Source: a bacterium
Lineage (GTDB): Bacteria; UBA8248; JACPRG01; G963555815
Assembly: GCA_965218795.1 (NCBI GenBank)
Contig: OZ244653.1
Location: 4,896,001 to 4,960,000 of the forward strand
Reading direction: 5' to 3'
DNA length: 64,000 nucleotides
In this document: positions 20,424 to 29,590 of the stretch, piece after piece
Layout: each line of letters opens with the position of its first letter
Position numbering within the stretch: position 1 is the first letter of the stretch
Position numbers and translations under genes: made by a program
The notes under the pieces: model-generated
What the model saw: only the letters and a program-made list of their open reading frames with translations
The model's database searches: none
Told to the model about the DNA's origin: nothing

Positions 20424-21158
20424 ATGTCGAAATCAATGCCGGAAGAGGCGGGAGGGCCAGTCCTCCGACGCGACTTGGAGTCCTATGAATCATTGATGAA
20501 CGTGATCCGGAGCCGAAGGAGCATCCGGAAGTTCGACCCCAGGCCAGTGCCGGAGGAAGACTTGGTGCGGATCCTCGAGGCCGGCCGATGGGCACCTTCG
20601 GGGGCGAACATCCAGCCGTGGGCATTCATCGTTGTAGAGGAATCGGACCGGCGACGGGCCATCGCGGAATTACTGATAGAAGAGGAACGCTATCTGCGGC
20701 GAAAAGATCCGCGCTTTCCGGCGTACGACCGGCGATTTCATTTGGACGTTCCCCTGTTCCTGATATTTGTTTGTGACCATCGCGCAAAACACGTTTTTCC
20801 ACAGACAGAACCCTTTCCCGTGGACATCACGCTTTACATGAGCATCTCGGCCGCCATCATGAATATTCATTTGGCCGCGGCTGCGCTGGGCTTGGGAACG
20901 ATTTGGTACACCGTCGAGGAACCATCGGAAATAGAGCTGAAGAAATTGCTGAGGATTCCAGATGACTTCTTTATTCCGAGCCTCACACCCCTCGGCTATC
21001 CCCTGCAAAGCCGAACCAGCGCGCGCCGGCCGCTTGAACGGGTGATGCACCGGGAGCGAATGGATCTCGGGAAAGTGAGGGATGGCAAAGTGATGGAGGA
21101 GTTGTCCAGCCGAAAAATGACCGCCTTGGTGATGGGCGGAAAACCCATCGACCATTGA
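20424..21158 (+). CDS. Nitroreductase family protein
   Basis: Motifs RRSIRKF, WAPSGANIQPW.F, LAAAALGLGTIW and LGYP. Confidence 0.9.
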   Translation: MSKSMPEEAGGPVLRRDLESYESLMNVIRSRRSIRKFDPRPVPEEDLVRILEAGRWAPSGANIQPWAFIVVEESDRRRAIAELLIEEERYLRRKDPRFPAYDRRFHLDVPLFLIFVCDHRAKHVFPQTEPFPVDITLYMSISAAIMNIHLAAAALGLGTIWYTVEEPSEIELKKLLRIPDDFFIPSLTPLGYPLQSRTSARRPLERVMHRERMDLGKVRDGKVMEELSSRKMTALVMGGKPIDH

Positions 21159-21186
21159 GCCGGATGGCTGTCCTCTCCCCTCGCGG

Positions 21187-21888
21187 TCAGGAATGGGTGG
21201 ACCGGAAGAAATCCCAGACGAAGGGGAAGCGATTCGGTTTGAGTCCGACGTACGGATCGGAAAAGTCATCCGGCAATCTTTTTAACGGCTTGCCGAAGCT
21301 TTGCGCTACCCATTGGGTCCAGGCTGATTGCTCGAGGAAAATTGCGAGGATCACCGACTCCTCGATGTCCGTCCCTACCGTCACCGCTCCGTGGCCCTGG
21401 AGGAGGAGGGCGTTTTGCCCGCCGAGCGCACGAGCCGTTTCCTCTCCCAGTTCACGGGTGGTGATCAGGTCGGGTTTCTCATAAAGCGGAATCCCCCGGG
21501 CGAAATAGGCGGAGCGGTGATACAAAGGCTCGATGTCCACCTCCGCTACGGTCATTGCCGTGGCGACCAAGGGGTGGGTGTGGGCGATGGCCTGAACGTC
21601 CTTTCGGGCGCGGAATATCTCTGTGTGAAGGGGCCATTCGGATGGAGGATTGAGGTTCTTTCGAGACGGATCGCCGGCCCCCCAGTCCAGGACGTTGCCC
21701 TCCAGATCCATGACGAGGAAATCCTCAGGCCGCAGGCCGCCCAGACGGAGCCACTGGGGTTTAATCATCATCCGGTCCCCCGGATCCAGGCGGCAGGTGA
21801 CATGGCCAATCCAGTCTCCGAGTTTTTCCTTTTCGATGATTCGGTGCGCCTCGTTCAGTTTCTCGCGAATGTCGGTTTCACTGTCCAT
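21187..21888 (-). CDS. Class II aldolase/adducin family protein
   Basis: Motifs GHVTCR, PPSEWPLH.EIF.AR, AHTHP and LLQGHG. Confidence 0.9.
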   Translation of the reverse strand: MDSETDIREKLNEAHRIIEKEKLGDWIGHVTCRLDPGDRMMIKPQWLRLGGLRPEDFLVMDLEGNVLDWGAGDPSRKNLNPPSEWPLHTEIFRARKDVQAIAHTHPLVATAMTVAEVDIEPLYHRSAYFARGIPLYEKPDLITTRELGEETARALGGQNALLLQGHGAVTVGTDIEESVILAIFLEQSAWTQWVAQSFGKPLKRLPDDFSDPYVGLKPNRFPFVWDFFRSTHS

Positions 21889-22114
21889 GGCAATTTTTCG
21901 TCCTCTTCAAGCCGTGAAAGCGGTTCCATTTTCTGACCCGACGAAGGCGGCGTGCGCTCAGGATATGGGAGGAGCGGTCATTTTGCCAGAGCCCCGCATG
22001 GAAAAGCAGATGATGAGGGAGACGGTCCGGGCGCGCACGATGGACGCCGGTATCGCTCGCTTCCCTCCGCTGATCAGCGCGGATGGGAATCCTGGTGACC
22101 CCCGGGGCCGTTCT

Positions 22115-22822
22115 TCAGCGGATATCGGGATAAAGCCGCTTGAGACGCGCGGGTGAAACTCCGCACCAATAACCCAAAGCGATCGTCCACATCAGAAAGA
22201 TCGTTCGCCAGCATCCCAGACGTTCCCATCGTCTAGCCGAGGTGACAACGGAAGCCTTCAGCAGTCTCACCCGTCCGGTTTTTCGCATCCGCCACGTCAG
22301 ATCTCCATCCTCGAGAATTTCCTGTTCGCGAAATCCTCCCAGAGTCTCAAAGACAGACCTTCGAATGAAGGGGGCTTGATCTCCATATATGATCCCCGGC
22401 CACCGGGCCCTTAGGTTGGACATCCAGGAGATCAGGCGAAAAAGGATTCCCCGACGGTCGAGACTGTGCCGAAAGGCGCCTCCACAACAGTCCGGGTCCG
22501 CAAGCGATTGCTGGATCAGCAGAAATGCATTCGGTGGCAGACGCGTATCCGCGTGGAGGAAAAGAAGGGTCTCCCCGGAGGCGGAGAGGGCGCCGGCGTT
22601 CATCTGTCGGGCGCGTCCTGGGGACGAGGAGAGGACCCTCGCCAAGGGCCCTGCCCGCTCAACGGTTCGATCCCGGCTTCCGCCATCGACGACGATGACT
22701 TCCACACCTCCCGCACTCGGTCGAGGGAGGGTCTCCAAGGTCTGGCGGATCGCGGATTCCTCGTTGAGCGTTGGGATGATGACTGAAATCCGGGGAGACT
22801 TTGTCGCGGAAGACTCGTTCAT
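22115..22822 (-). CDS. GT2 glycosyltransferase (TIGR04283-like)
   Basis: Motifs SVIIPTLNEE, VDGGS.D.T, GRARQMNAGA, FLHADT, YGDQ and TSARRW. Confidence 0.88.
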   Translation of the reverse strand: MNESSATKSPRISVIIPTLNEESAIRQTLETLPRPSAGGVEVIVVDGGSRDRTVERAGPLARVLSSSPGRARQMNAGALSASGETLLFLHADTRLPPNAFLLIQQSLADPDCCGGAFRHSLDRRGILFRLISWMSNLRARWPGIIYGDQAPFIRRSVFETLGGFREQEILEDGDLTWRMRKTGRVRLLKASVVTSARRWERLGCWRTIFLMWTIALGYWCGVSPARLKRLYPDIR

Positions 22823-22985
22823 TCGCGGGTCAGCGGCTTTCTCGCGGAGCCAAGCAAGAAATATCTCATCATCTTCGGTTGGACTTTACATCAAACCAGT
22901 ACCGTCTAACGATACTCTTCGCAGGGGTCAAGGCATACTCAATGGTGTACGCCGGGAAAGGGACGTTGCCTGACGTGGAATCGGT

Positions 22986-23876
22986 CTAGGGAATCTCTCG
23001 CAGAAATTCCTGAAACCGTTTGCAGACAGGTGTCCGGTAGCGCGATTTGTGACGGACGATAAAGAGTTCGCGCTCCAGATTGACGCCCTCCACGGAGCTC
23101 TGCGCCAGCAACCCGGCGTCCAGATCACTTTGCACGGCAAGTTTTGACAGGATGCTGATTCCGATGCCCGCCTTGACGGCCTCACGGATGCCCTCGTTGC
23201 TTCCAAGTTCCACAACCGTGTTCAATTCGCCCGGGTCAAAATCCATCAAGGTCAACCGGCGTTCCAATGTCTTGCGGGTTCCCGAACCTTCTTCCCGGTG
23301 AAGAAACGGCTGCGTTTTGAGATCGGCGACCGATAACGACTCTTGATGGGCCCATGCGTGACCGGGAGGCAGGACGAGAATGAGTTCGTCAGTCCCGAAT
23401 ACCTCATGCACAAGATGGCTCTCATCCATCTTGGCGCCCACGATTCCCAGTTCAACCGCACCCTCCAGGACCATCCGCGAAATGACCTCGGAGTCTTCTA
23501 TCTTCAGGGATATGCGGGTCTCCGGATACGCCTTCTTGAATTCCCCCAGGACGCGCGGGAGGAGATAATCCCCGGGGATTGAACTCGCACCGAGCCGAAG
23601 GGTTCCGCGGCCCGCTCCGGCGAATTCCTGCATCGCGTCCTGGGCTTCCTGGCGCAGGGCGATGATCCCGAGGGCAAAATCGTAAAGAATCTTCCCGGCC
23701 TCGGTCAGGACGACCTCCCGGCCGAGCCGATCGAAGAGACGGACGCCAAACTCCTCTTCCAGATTTTTGATGTGTCCACTTGCGGTGGGTTGGGTCAGCG
23801 AGACCGATTCAGCAGCGCGGGAGAAGCTCTTGAGGTCGGCGATCTTACAGAACAACTCCAATTGGTGGATGTCCAC
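22986..23876 (-). CDS. LysR-family transcriptional regulator (CysL/CbbR-like)
   Basis: Start re-called at the GTG at 23876 (MDIHQLELF). Motifs SFSRAAE...LTQP..S..IK.LE, GASSIPG.Y.LP and REEGSGTR. Confidence 0.9.
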   Translation of the reverse strand: MDIHQLELFCKIADLKSFSRAAESVSLTQPTASGHIKNLEEEFGVRLFDRLGREVVLTEAGKILYDFALGIIALRQEAQDAMQEFAGAGRGTLRLGASSIPGDYLLPRVLGEFKKAYPETRISLKIEDSEVISRMVLEGAVELGIVGAKMDESHLVHEVFGTDELILVLPPGHAWAHQESLSVADLKTQPFLHREEGSGTRKTLERRLTLMDFDPGELNTVVELGSNEGIREAVKAGIGISILSKLAVQSDLDAGLLAQSSVEGVNLERELFIVRHKSRYRTPVCKRFQEFLREIP

Positions 23877-24057
23877 CGGATTCTTCCTTGGATTGCCTAT
23901 GTGTTCATTGTTTCCAAATCGGAAGTTCCGATGGTCATTATATACCAGCCTAGTGAATGGAAGGTGATCTGGTTTCCATTTCAAGCCTTGTGATAAGGTT
24001 CCGAAAAATTCAATCTGTTCGTCATATATCCAGAAATATATCTATCGGAGAAAGCCA

Positions 24058-24678
24058 ATGTCGTTGATAGATTTGACGCATCCGCTCAGCAACCGGTTGC
24101 CCGTCTACTGGCCTTGGCATCCAAAGACTGAACTGACTCCTCATTCCTCCTATGAGGAGAACAAATGCCTGGTTCACAAATTAACCGTGGGCACGCATTC
24201 GGGTACCCATATCGACGCTCCTTCCCACTTCTTCGCGGGTGCACAAAACATTGACGAAATGTCACTTGATTTTTGGGTCTCTCAAGCGCAGGTGGTCGAC
24301 TTTACGGGCAAGGGGGAACGGGAGGAAATCAACCGGGCGGAAATGGAAGCGAAGGATATCGAGCGCGGTCTCGGAGTCATCGTCAGGACCGGCTGGAGCC
24401 GGTTTCACGGGCGCGAGGACTTCTATCAGACCTATCCGCCGATGCTCAAAGAGGCCGGGAAGTACTTAATGGAATGCCAAATTCCGTTTCTGGCCGCGGA
24501 TACTCCCTTCAATTGGGACATCCACGAGATGTTCCTTTCGGCGGGCAAACCCCTCATGACCAACCTGAACAACCTCGATCTAATCTCCCGGCCCCGTGTT
24601 CGGCTCTACGCATTCCCGCTTCTTTTGGAAAATGGGGACGGCGCCCCGGCGCGCATAATCGCAGAGCAGGCGGATTAG
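24058..24678 (+). CDS. Cyclase family metal-dependent hydrolase (kynurenine formamidase-like)
   Basis: Motifs IDLTH, THSGTHIDAPSH, RTGW and GDGAPAR. Confidence 0.88.
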   Translation: MSLIDLTHPLSNRLPVYWPWHPKTELTPHSSYEENKCLVHKLTVGTHSGTHIDAPSHFFAGAQNIDEMSLDFWVSQAQVVDFTGKGEREEINRAEMEAKDIERGLGVIVRTGWSRFHGREDFYQTYPPMLKEAGKYLMECQIPFLAADTPFNWDIHEMFLSAGKPLMTNLNNLDLISRPRVRLYAFPLLLENGDGAPARIIAEQAD

Positions 24679-24736
24679 CCTGTCGGGAGGGGAGGCCGTT
24701 TCGCGGAGAATCCCGGCCAAAACGGATGAATCGAGC

Positions 24737-25153
24737 TCAGCCCGTAACCTGCACGATGACGCTTCTATTTCTGGGCCGGTTGTCGAAATCCATCAGGATG
24801 ATTTGTTGCCACGTTCCGAGGAGGAGGCGGCCGCCGGCAAACGGCACCGAGACAGAGGGGCCCAGGACTGCCGCGCGCACATGAGAAAAACCGTTGCCGT
24901 CACCCCATCGGGCATCATGGGCATAAAGAAGGTCGGAAGGCGCGATTCGTTCCATCGCGGCCTGCAGGTCCGAAACGGCGCCCGGTTCGAATTCGATGGT
25001 GGTCACACCGGCCGTCGAGCCCGGCACAAAGACTGTCACCGTTCCGGAATCCTGCCCTGATTCTCGAACGAAATCGGCGACCGCTTCCGTAATGTCGTGC
25101 GAATCCCCGCAGCCTTGGGTTCGCAGCGACATTTCATACGCGCTTGTGCTCAT
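24737..25153 (-). CDS. yjbQ: YjbQ/UPF0047 family protein
   Basis: Motifs GSTAGVTTIE.EPG, Y.H...WGDGNG.SH and LGTWQQI...DFD. Confidence 0.9.
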   Translation of the reverse strand: MSTSAYEMSLRTQGCGDSHDITEAVADFVRESGQDSGTVTVFVPGSTAGVTTIEFEPGAVSDLQAAMERIAPSDLLYAHDARWGDGNGFSHVRAAVLGPSVSVPFAGGRLLLGTWQQIILMDFDNRPRNRSVIVQVTG

Positions 25154-26634
25154 GTCTCACTCAACCCGCTCAGTCTGTTCGCCTGGGCGCCCCGGACGTC
25201 GATCTCGGGGGTCAAGGGCTTGCAGCCGATGCCCTGGGCCTGATAGACATCGGCCATGGCCTCCGCTATCGCCCGGGGGTCCGCTTGTTCCGTGATGGAG
25301 AAGGCAATGACCGTCGGGCCCGCCCCGCTCAATGTGACACCGGCGGCTCCGGACTTTCTCGCCGCGTTGAAGGCGTCCTGGATCGGCCCCATCAAGTGGG
25401 TTCGCTGCGGCTGGTGGAGGCGGTCCTGGGTTGCCGTCGGAAGCAATGATTCGTCGCCTTCCGCTAATGCCGCCATCAACAAAGCCGTCCGCTGGACATT
25501 GAATACGGCGTGCTCGTGCGGCACCGCCTTGGGCAGGGCCTTGCGCGCTTCCGGCGTGGAGACTTCGAATTCCGGAATCGCCAGGGAAATCTGGATCTTT
25601 TCGGAGATGGGTGCGCGGGCGAAACGGAGCGATTCCTCCCTTCCGGCAACGATTGTGAGCCCTCCGAGCAGGGAAGGGGCGGCATTGTCTGCGTGGCCCT
25701 CCAGCGCTTCGGCCTGCCTGAGCACCTCGTCCGGGTCATCGGCGAGGCCGCACCAGGTGCGGGCTGCGATAAGCCCGCCGACGCGCGCGGCCGCGCTGCT
25801 CCCGAGTCCCCTCGCCAGGGGAATGGTGTTGTCAAGGGTCAACCGCAGGGGCGGACGTTCCTTTTTCGATTGCCTGAAAGCCGTCTCCACCGCCTGGAAG
25901 ACGATGTTGGTCGTGTCGCGCGGGAGCGACGCCTGCCCTTCTCCGAAGACCCGGATCTCATCCCGGCCGGCAGGTTCCAGGGTGATCCGGTTATACAGTT
26001 GCAAAGCGATACCGAGCGTATCGTAGCCGGGGCCCAGATTGGCTGCGGACGCGGGAACAAGGACCCGTACACGTTCCCGGCGCTCCGGAGAAGCCTGACC
26101 CTCGGATGAGGCCGTATCAGCCACTTCATCGGGGCCCGTAGAAGGCGCGTCGACGGCGGCGGAACCTTTTCGCGGGAAGGTCTTGTCATAGAAGGCCTGA
26201 ACCGCCTGCGCAATCTGGGCGTAGCTGTTTCGATAATGAAATGCCGATCCCCCCAATGGATCGGGGATGGTATCGTCATCATTCCCGATCAGGTAACGGG
26301 CGAGAAACTCGATCTTGTCTTCCGTCTCGGGGAAGGTGGAGCGGATGAATTCGGCATGCTCAGGGGCCATGACGACGATGCGATCCGCTTCGTCCGCCAT
26401 GTCGGCATCCAGATGCCTCGCCCGGTGGGAATCCAGGCGATACCCGATATGCGAAGCGGTCTCAACCCCTTCTTCAGGGGTCACGTTGCCGTCGATGGCG
26501 TGCACTCCGGCGGAATGCGCTCTTACGTCCATGGGCCCGCCCTGACTCAACAACCGCTTCAGGTAAGCCTCGGCCATCGGACTGCGACAAATGTTTCCCG
26601 TACAGACGAAGACGACATTTTTTGGATAGGTCAT
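25150..26634 (-). CDS. thrB: Fusion of an N-terminal low-molecular-weight phosphatase and a C-terminal homoserine kinase
   Basis: FVCTGNICRSPMAE and IPDP in the N-terminal domain. VPASAANLGPGYD, IPLARGLGSSAAA, EGHADN, DRLHQP.R and LSGAGPT follow in the same frame. Confidence 0.88.
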   Translation of the reverse strand: MTYPKNVVFVCTGNICRSPMAEAYLKRLLSQGGPMDVRAHSAGVHAIDGNVTPEEGVETASHIGYRLDSHRARHLDADMADEADRIVVMAPEHAEFIRSTFPETEDKIEFLARYLIGNDDDTIPDPLGGSAFHYRNSYAQIAQAVQAFYDKTFPRKGSAAVDAPSTGPDEVADTASSEGQASPERRERVRVLVPASAANLGPGYDTLGIALQLYNRITLEPAGRDEIRVFGEGQASLPRDTTNIVFQAVETAFRQSKKERPPLRLTLDNTIPLARGLGSSAAARVGGLIAARTWCGLADDPDEVLRQAEALEGHADNAAPSLLGGLTIVAGREESLRFARAPISEKIQISLAIPEFEVSTPEARKALPKAVPHEHAVFNVQRTALLMAALAEGDESLLPTATQDRLHQPQRTHLMGPIQDAFNAARKSGAAGVTLSGAGPTVIAFSITEQADPRAIAEAMADVYQAQGIGCKPLTPEIDVRGAQANRLSGLSET

Positions 26635-26682
26635 GGTCTCAACGGCGGACGACCGATGAGTCTCCGGCCGGCCGGTTTTGTC

Positions 26683-27525
26683 TTATTGGCTGGAAAGGGT
26701 GAGCTGAATCTGCTTGTTTCTGCGATTGACAGAGAGTTGAATCGAGCGGTTCCGCGAGTCCGCGGAAGCCAGGAAGCTGAGAAAGTTCTGAAGGCCCCGA
26801 ACCGCAAGCTGATTGACCAGCAGGACGACGTCCCCCCGTTGAAGCCCGCTGCGATTGCCCGGACCTCCCTCCCTGACGTCCGTGACCAGGATGGAGCCGG
26901 GCCTGGCGCCGCGGAAATGGGGTAGAAGCTCTTGGGTGATCTCCTGTACCGATAAGCCGTAAGCCTTGAGCATGGAAGTGAGGGCCGGACCCTGCGGACT
27001 GGAACGTCCGGCCCGGGCCATGATCCGTGACGACGCGAAAATAGGGGCATCCGCCCGCAGTGCCAGGGCCACCGCATCACTAGGGCGGCTGTCAATCTGG
27101 ACCAGATCATCGCCTGAGCGGATGGTGATCGTTGCAATGAAGGTGTTCGCCCGCAAGTCGTTGATCGTAATTCGGACCACGTGGGCATCGAGATTTCGGA
27201 TGAGGTTCCGCAACAGGTCGTGGGTCATCGGCCGGGGCGCTTTCACTTCACGGAGCGCCATCAAAATGGCGTTAGCCTCGGCCAAGCCAACCCACAGGGG
27301 AAGAACTCGACTCCCGGTCTTGAAATCCTCCAGCAGGAGAACAGGGGTGCGGCTTCTGGGGTCGGGAATCACCCCCCGGACCTTCATCCGCTCATCGGCC
27401 GCACCGGCGAAACGGGACAGGACCAGGAGAGTGGCCAGAGCGCCCGACAACATCCATGCTACGGCCCGGATTCTTCTCGGGCGGCCGCCACCCGCGCATG
27501 AGTGGGTCCGAATCGAGGTGTTCAC
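26683..27525 (-). CDS. Bifunctional nuclease (DUF151) domain plus C-terminal PDZ, with a probable signal peptide
   Basis: DUF151 motifs LPLWVG..EA.AI, RPMTHDL and DSRPSDAVALALR. PDZ motifs YGLSVQ, V..V..G.P...SGLQRGDV. Hydrophobic N-terminus ends in AGA. Confidence 0.82.
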   Translation of the reverse strand: MNTSIRTHSCAGGGRPRRIRAVAWMLSGALATLLVLSRFAGAADERMKVRGVIPDPRSRTPVLLLEDFKTGSRVLPLWVGLAEANAILMALREVKAPRPMTHDLLRNLIRNLDAHVVRITINDLRANTFIATITIRSGDDLVQIDSRPSDAVALALRADAPIFASSRIMARAGRSSPQGPALTSMLKAYGLSVQEITQELLPHFRGARPGSILVTDVREGGPGNRSGLQRGDVVLLVNQLAVRGLQNFLSFLASADSRNRSIQLSVNRRNKQIQLTLSSQ

Positions 27526-27531
27526 GCTACC

Positions 27532-29475
27532 TTAGCCTTCCGGCGGAGGTCCTGGGTCTTCATCGAGGTACTCCCCCGTGAGATGCACTTGATAGCCGCC
27601 CAGGGAAAGAACCTTCTCACGGAACGTAGAATCCCGAAGGATGCCGAACAAAGGAGCCAGCAGGTTGGAACTCAGCAAATCTCCGCGCAAGGCAAAATCA
27701 TACCTTTCCCAGCCAATGGGCAGGAATTCCAGGTTCAGAGCCAGGGCGGCCGACATCACGCCCAGCCCGACATCGGCCGTCCCGCTGGCCACGGCCGCAG
27801 AGACGGCCATGTGGGTTGCTACGACACGGTCGTACCCCTGAATGGCATCCGGGTCGATGCCCAGTGTTTCCAGTTGATGATCCAGCAGGATCCGCGTCCC
27901 GGCTCCCCGCTGCCGGTTCACGAATCGGATCTCCGGTCGGGTGAGATCCGTCAGGCCGGCGATCCCGAGGGGATTTCCGCGAACCACGAGAAGACCCTGC
28001 TGTCGATAAAGAAAATTGACGAGAGCCATGTTCTCCTCGGGAAAATGTTTCTGGACCATCGGAAAATTATATTCGCCGGAATCCGGATCCAGCAGGTGAC
28101 ATCCGGCCAGATGCGCCTCACCCCCCTTGAGGGCCAGCAGGCCGTCCAGACTGCCCATAGGCGCCTTGGACAGCGTGATCCCCGAGACCCTCTCCGACAT
28201 GCAGACGGCAAGGAGGTCAAGCGCCGGGTCATGACTGCCGGCCAGAAGGAGGTTGCGTTCGATCTCCGATACGGGTCGGAACAGTTCCACCTCCGTTCGC
28301 CGTCCTTTCTCCAAACCCTCGGCGTTCCGGGGAATTCGCACCACCCCATCTGCTTCGGCCATGGAGGTGGTCAGTGACGAGGCCCGAGGAAGCGGGAGCG
28401 CCACGGTTCGACCGCCGACTTGGCCGACCTTGACACGAACGTGCTCAAGGACCCCCAGGCGGGAAGGAAGCTTACGGCCCACCTCGGCCTCGATTCGAGG
28501 CCCTGAAGGAGGCGCAATCCCGAGAAGACGCCCAATCAGGGGCCGAACGAATTCATTGAAGATGACGACACCCGAGACGGGAAACCCGGGGCAACCCAAA
28601 AGCGCCTTCCCGCCCGCGTGCGCGAAAATGGCCGGTTGACCGGGCGCCAGGGCGACTCCGTGCTGGAGGACTTCGCCGACCTCCTCGAATACATTGACGG
28701 TGAAATCCTCTTCCCCCGCCGAGGAGCCCGCGTTGACCACCACGAAATCGTTCTCGTCCAGCGCATTGCGAACCGCATCCAGCAACGCCTCGCGATCGTC
28801 CGGGACAATCGGATGGGGTGTCCATTCGCCTCCCCATTCCTGAATGAAAGCGCCCAGCAACCTGGAATTGAACTCGATGATGTCCCCCGGCTTGAGCGGT
28901 GTGCCCGGCTGGACGAGTTCCGTGCCGGTGGGAATGATGACGACGCGCGGCTTGCGCCGGACGGCGATCTCCGTGAGTCCCCCCGCCAGCAGCGCGCCCA
29001 TGTCGTAAGGACGAATTCGGTGGCCCGGCGGGAGGATCAGCTGAGAGGCCACCAAATCCTCTCCCATGGTCCGGACATGCTGCCAGGGACGGACCGCCGA
29101 CAGGATCTCGATGCGGCCCCCATTCAGGGGCTGAACGTTCTCAATGATGACGACCGCATTCGTTCCTTCCGGTAGAGGGTCTCCCGTATCCACGTACGTC
29201 ACGGTCGGTCCGAGAGCCAGCGTCAGCGGCGTGCTTTCACCGGCACCCGCCGTGGAGCCCGCTTCCACGGCCACTCCATCCATTGCGGCGGCATGATAGT
29301 GGGGGGAGGAGACTTCGGCGTAAACGGCCTGCCCCGTGATGCGTCCCAACGCGTCGGAAATGGGGATGGACTCCATAGGGATGGGGTCCGGCGCGCGGAC
29401 CGAGTCCAGGAAGGCCGGAAGAACTTCTTCCATGGGCTTTCGGTCCAGATACATTCTCCGCTTCGTCTTGGTCAA
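27532..29475 (-). CDS. moeA: Molybdopterin molybdotransferase MoeA fused to a PBP (LysR-substrate-binding-like) domain
   Basis: MoeA motifs AAMDG.AV, PTGTEL and GSSAG..DF. C-terminal PBP motifs GSHD, GSLDGL and NRQRGAGTR. Confidence 0.9.
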   Translation of the reverse strand: MTKTKRRMYLDRKPMEEVLPAFLDSVRAPDPIPMESIPISDALGRITGQAVYAEVSSPHYHAAAMDGVAVEAGSTAGAGESTPLTLALGPTVTYVDTGDPLPEGTNAVVIIENVQPLNGGRIEILSAVRPWQHVRTMGEDLVASQLILPPGHRIRPYDMGALLAGGLTEIAVRRKPRVVIIPTGTELVQPGTPLKPGDIIEFNSRLLGAFIQEWGGEWTPHPIVPDDREALLDAVRNALDENDFVVVNAGSSAGEEDFTVNVFEEVGEVLQHGVALAPGQPAIFAHAGGKALLGCPGFPVSGVVIFNEFVRPLIGRLLGIAPPSGPRIEAEVGRKLPSRLGVLEHVRVKVGQVGGRTVALPLPRASSLTTSMAEADGVVRIPRNAEGLEKGRRTEVELFRPVSEIERNLLLAGSHDPALDLLAVCMSERVSGITLSKAPMGSLDGLLALKGGEAHLAGCHLLDPDSGEYNFPMVQKHFPEENMALVNFLYRQQGLLVVRGNPLGIAGLTDLTRPEIRFVNRQRGAGTRILLDHQLETLGIDPDAIQGYDRVVATHMAVSAAVASGTADVGLGVMSAALALNLEFLPIGWERYDFALRGDLLSSNLLAPLFGILRDSTFREKVLSLGGYQVHLTGEYLDEDPGPPPEG

Positions 29476-29590
29476 CGATGTCTCTCCAAGATATCAGCCA
29501 GTCCAGAGAGCGCCCGCCCCCTCTGCGCGCGTTGGTTTTCGCCACCGGAGGTCATAGGCGAGCAGCGTGGCGGGTGGTTTCGCATCCCCC

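Noticed and set aside
22986-23876. Calling the LysR a selenium-metabolism regulator
   Set aside because: It resembles that CysL-like group, but no sel genes are adjacent and subfamily assignment needs an HMM.
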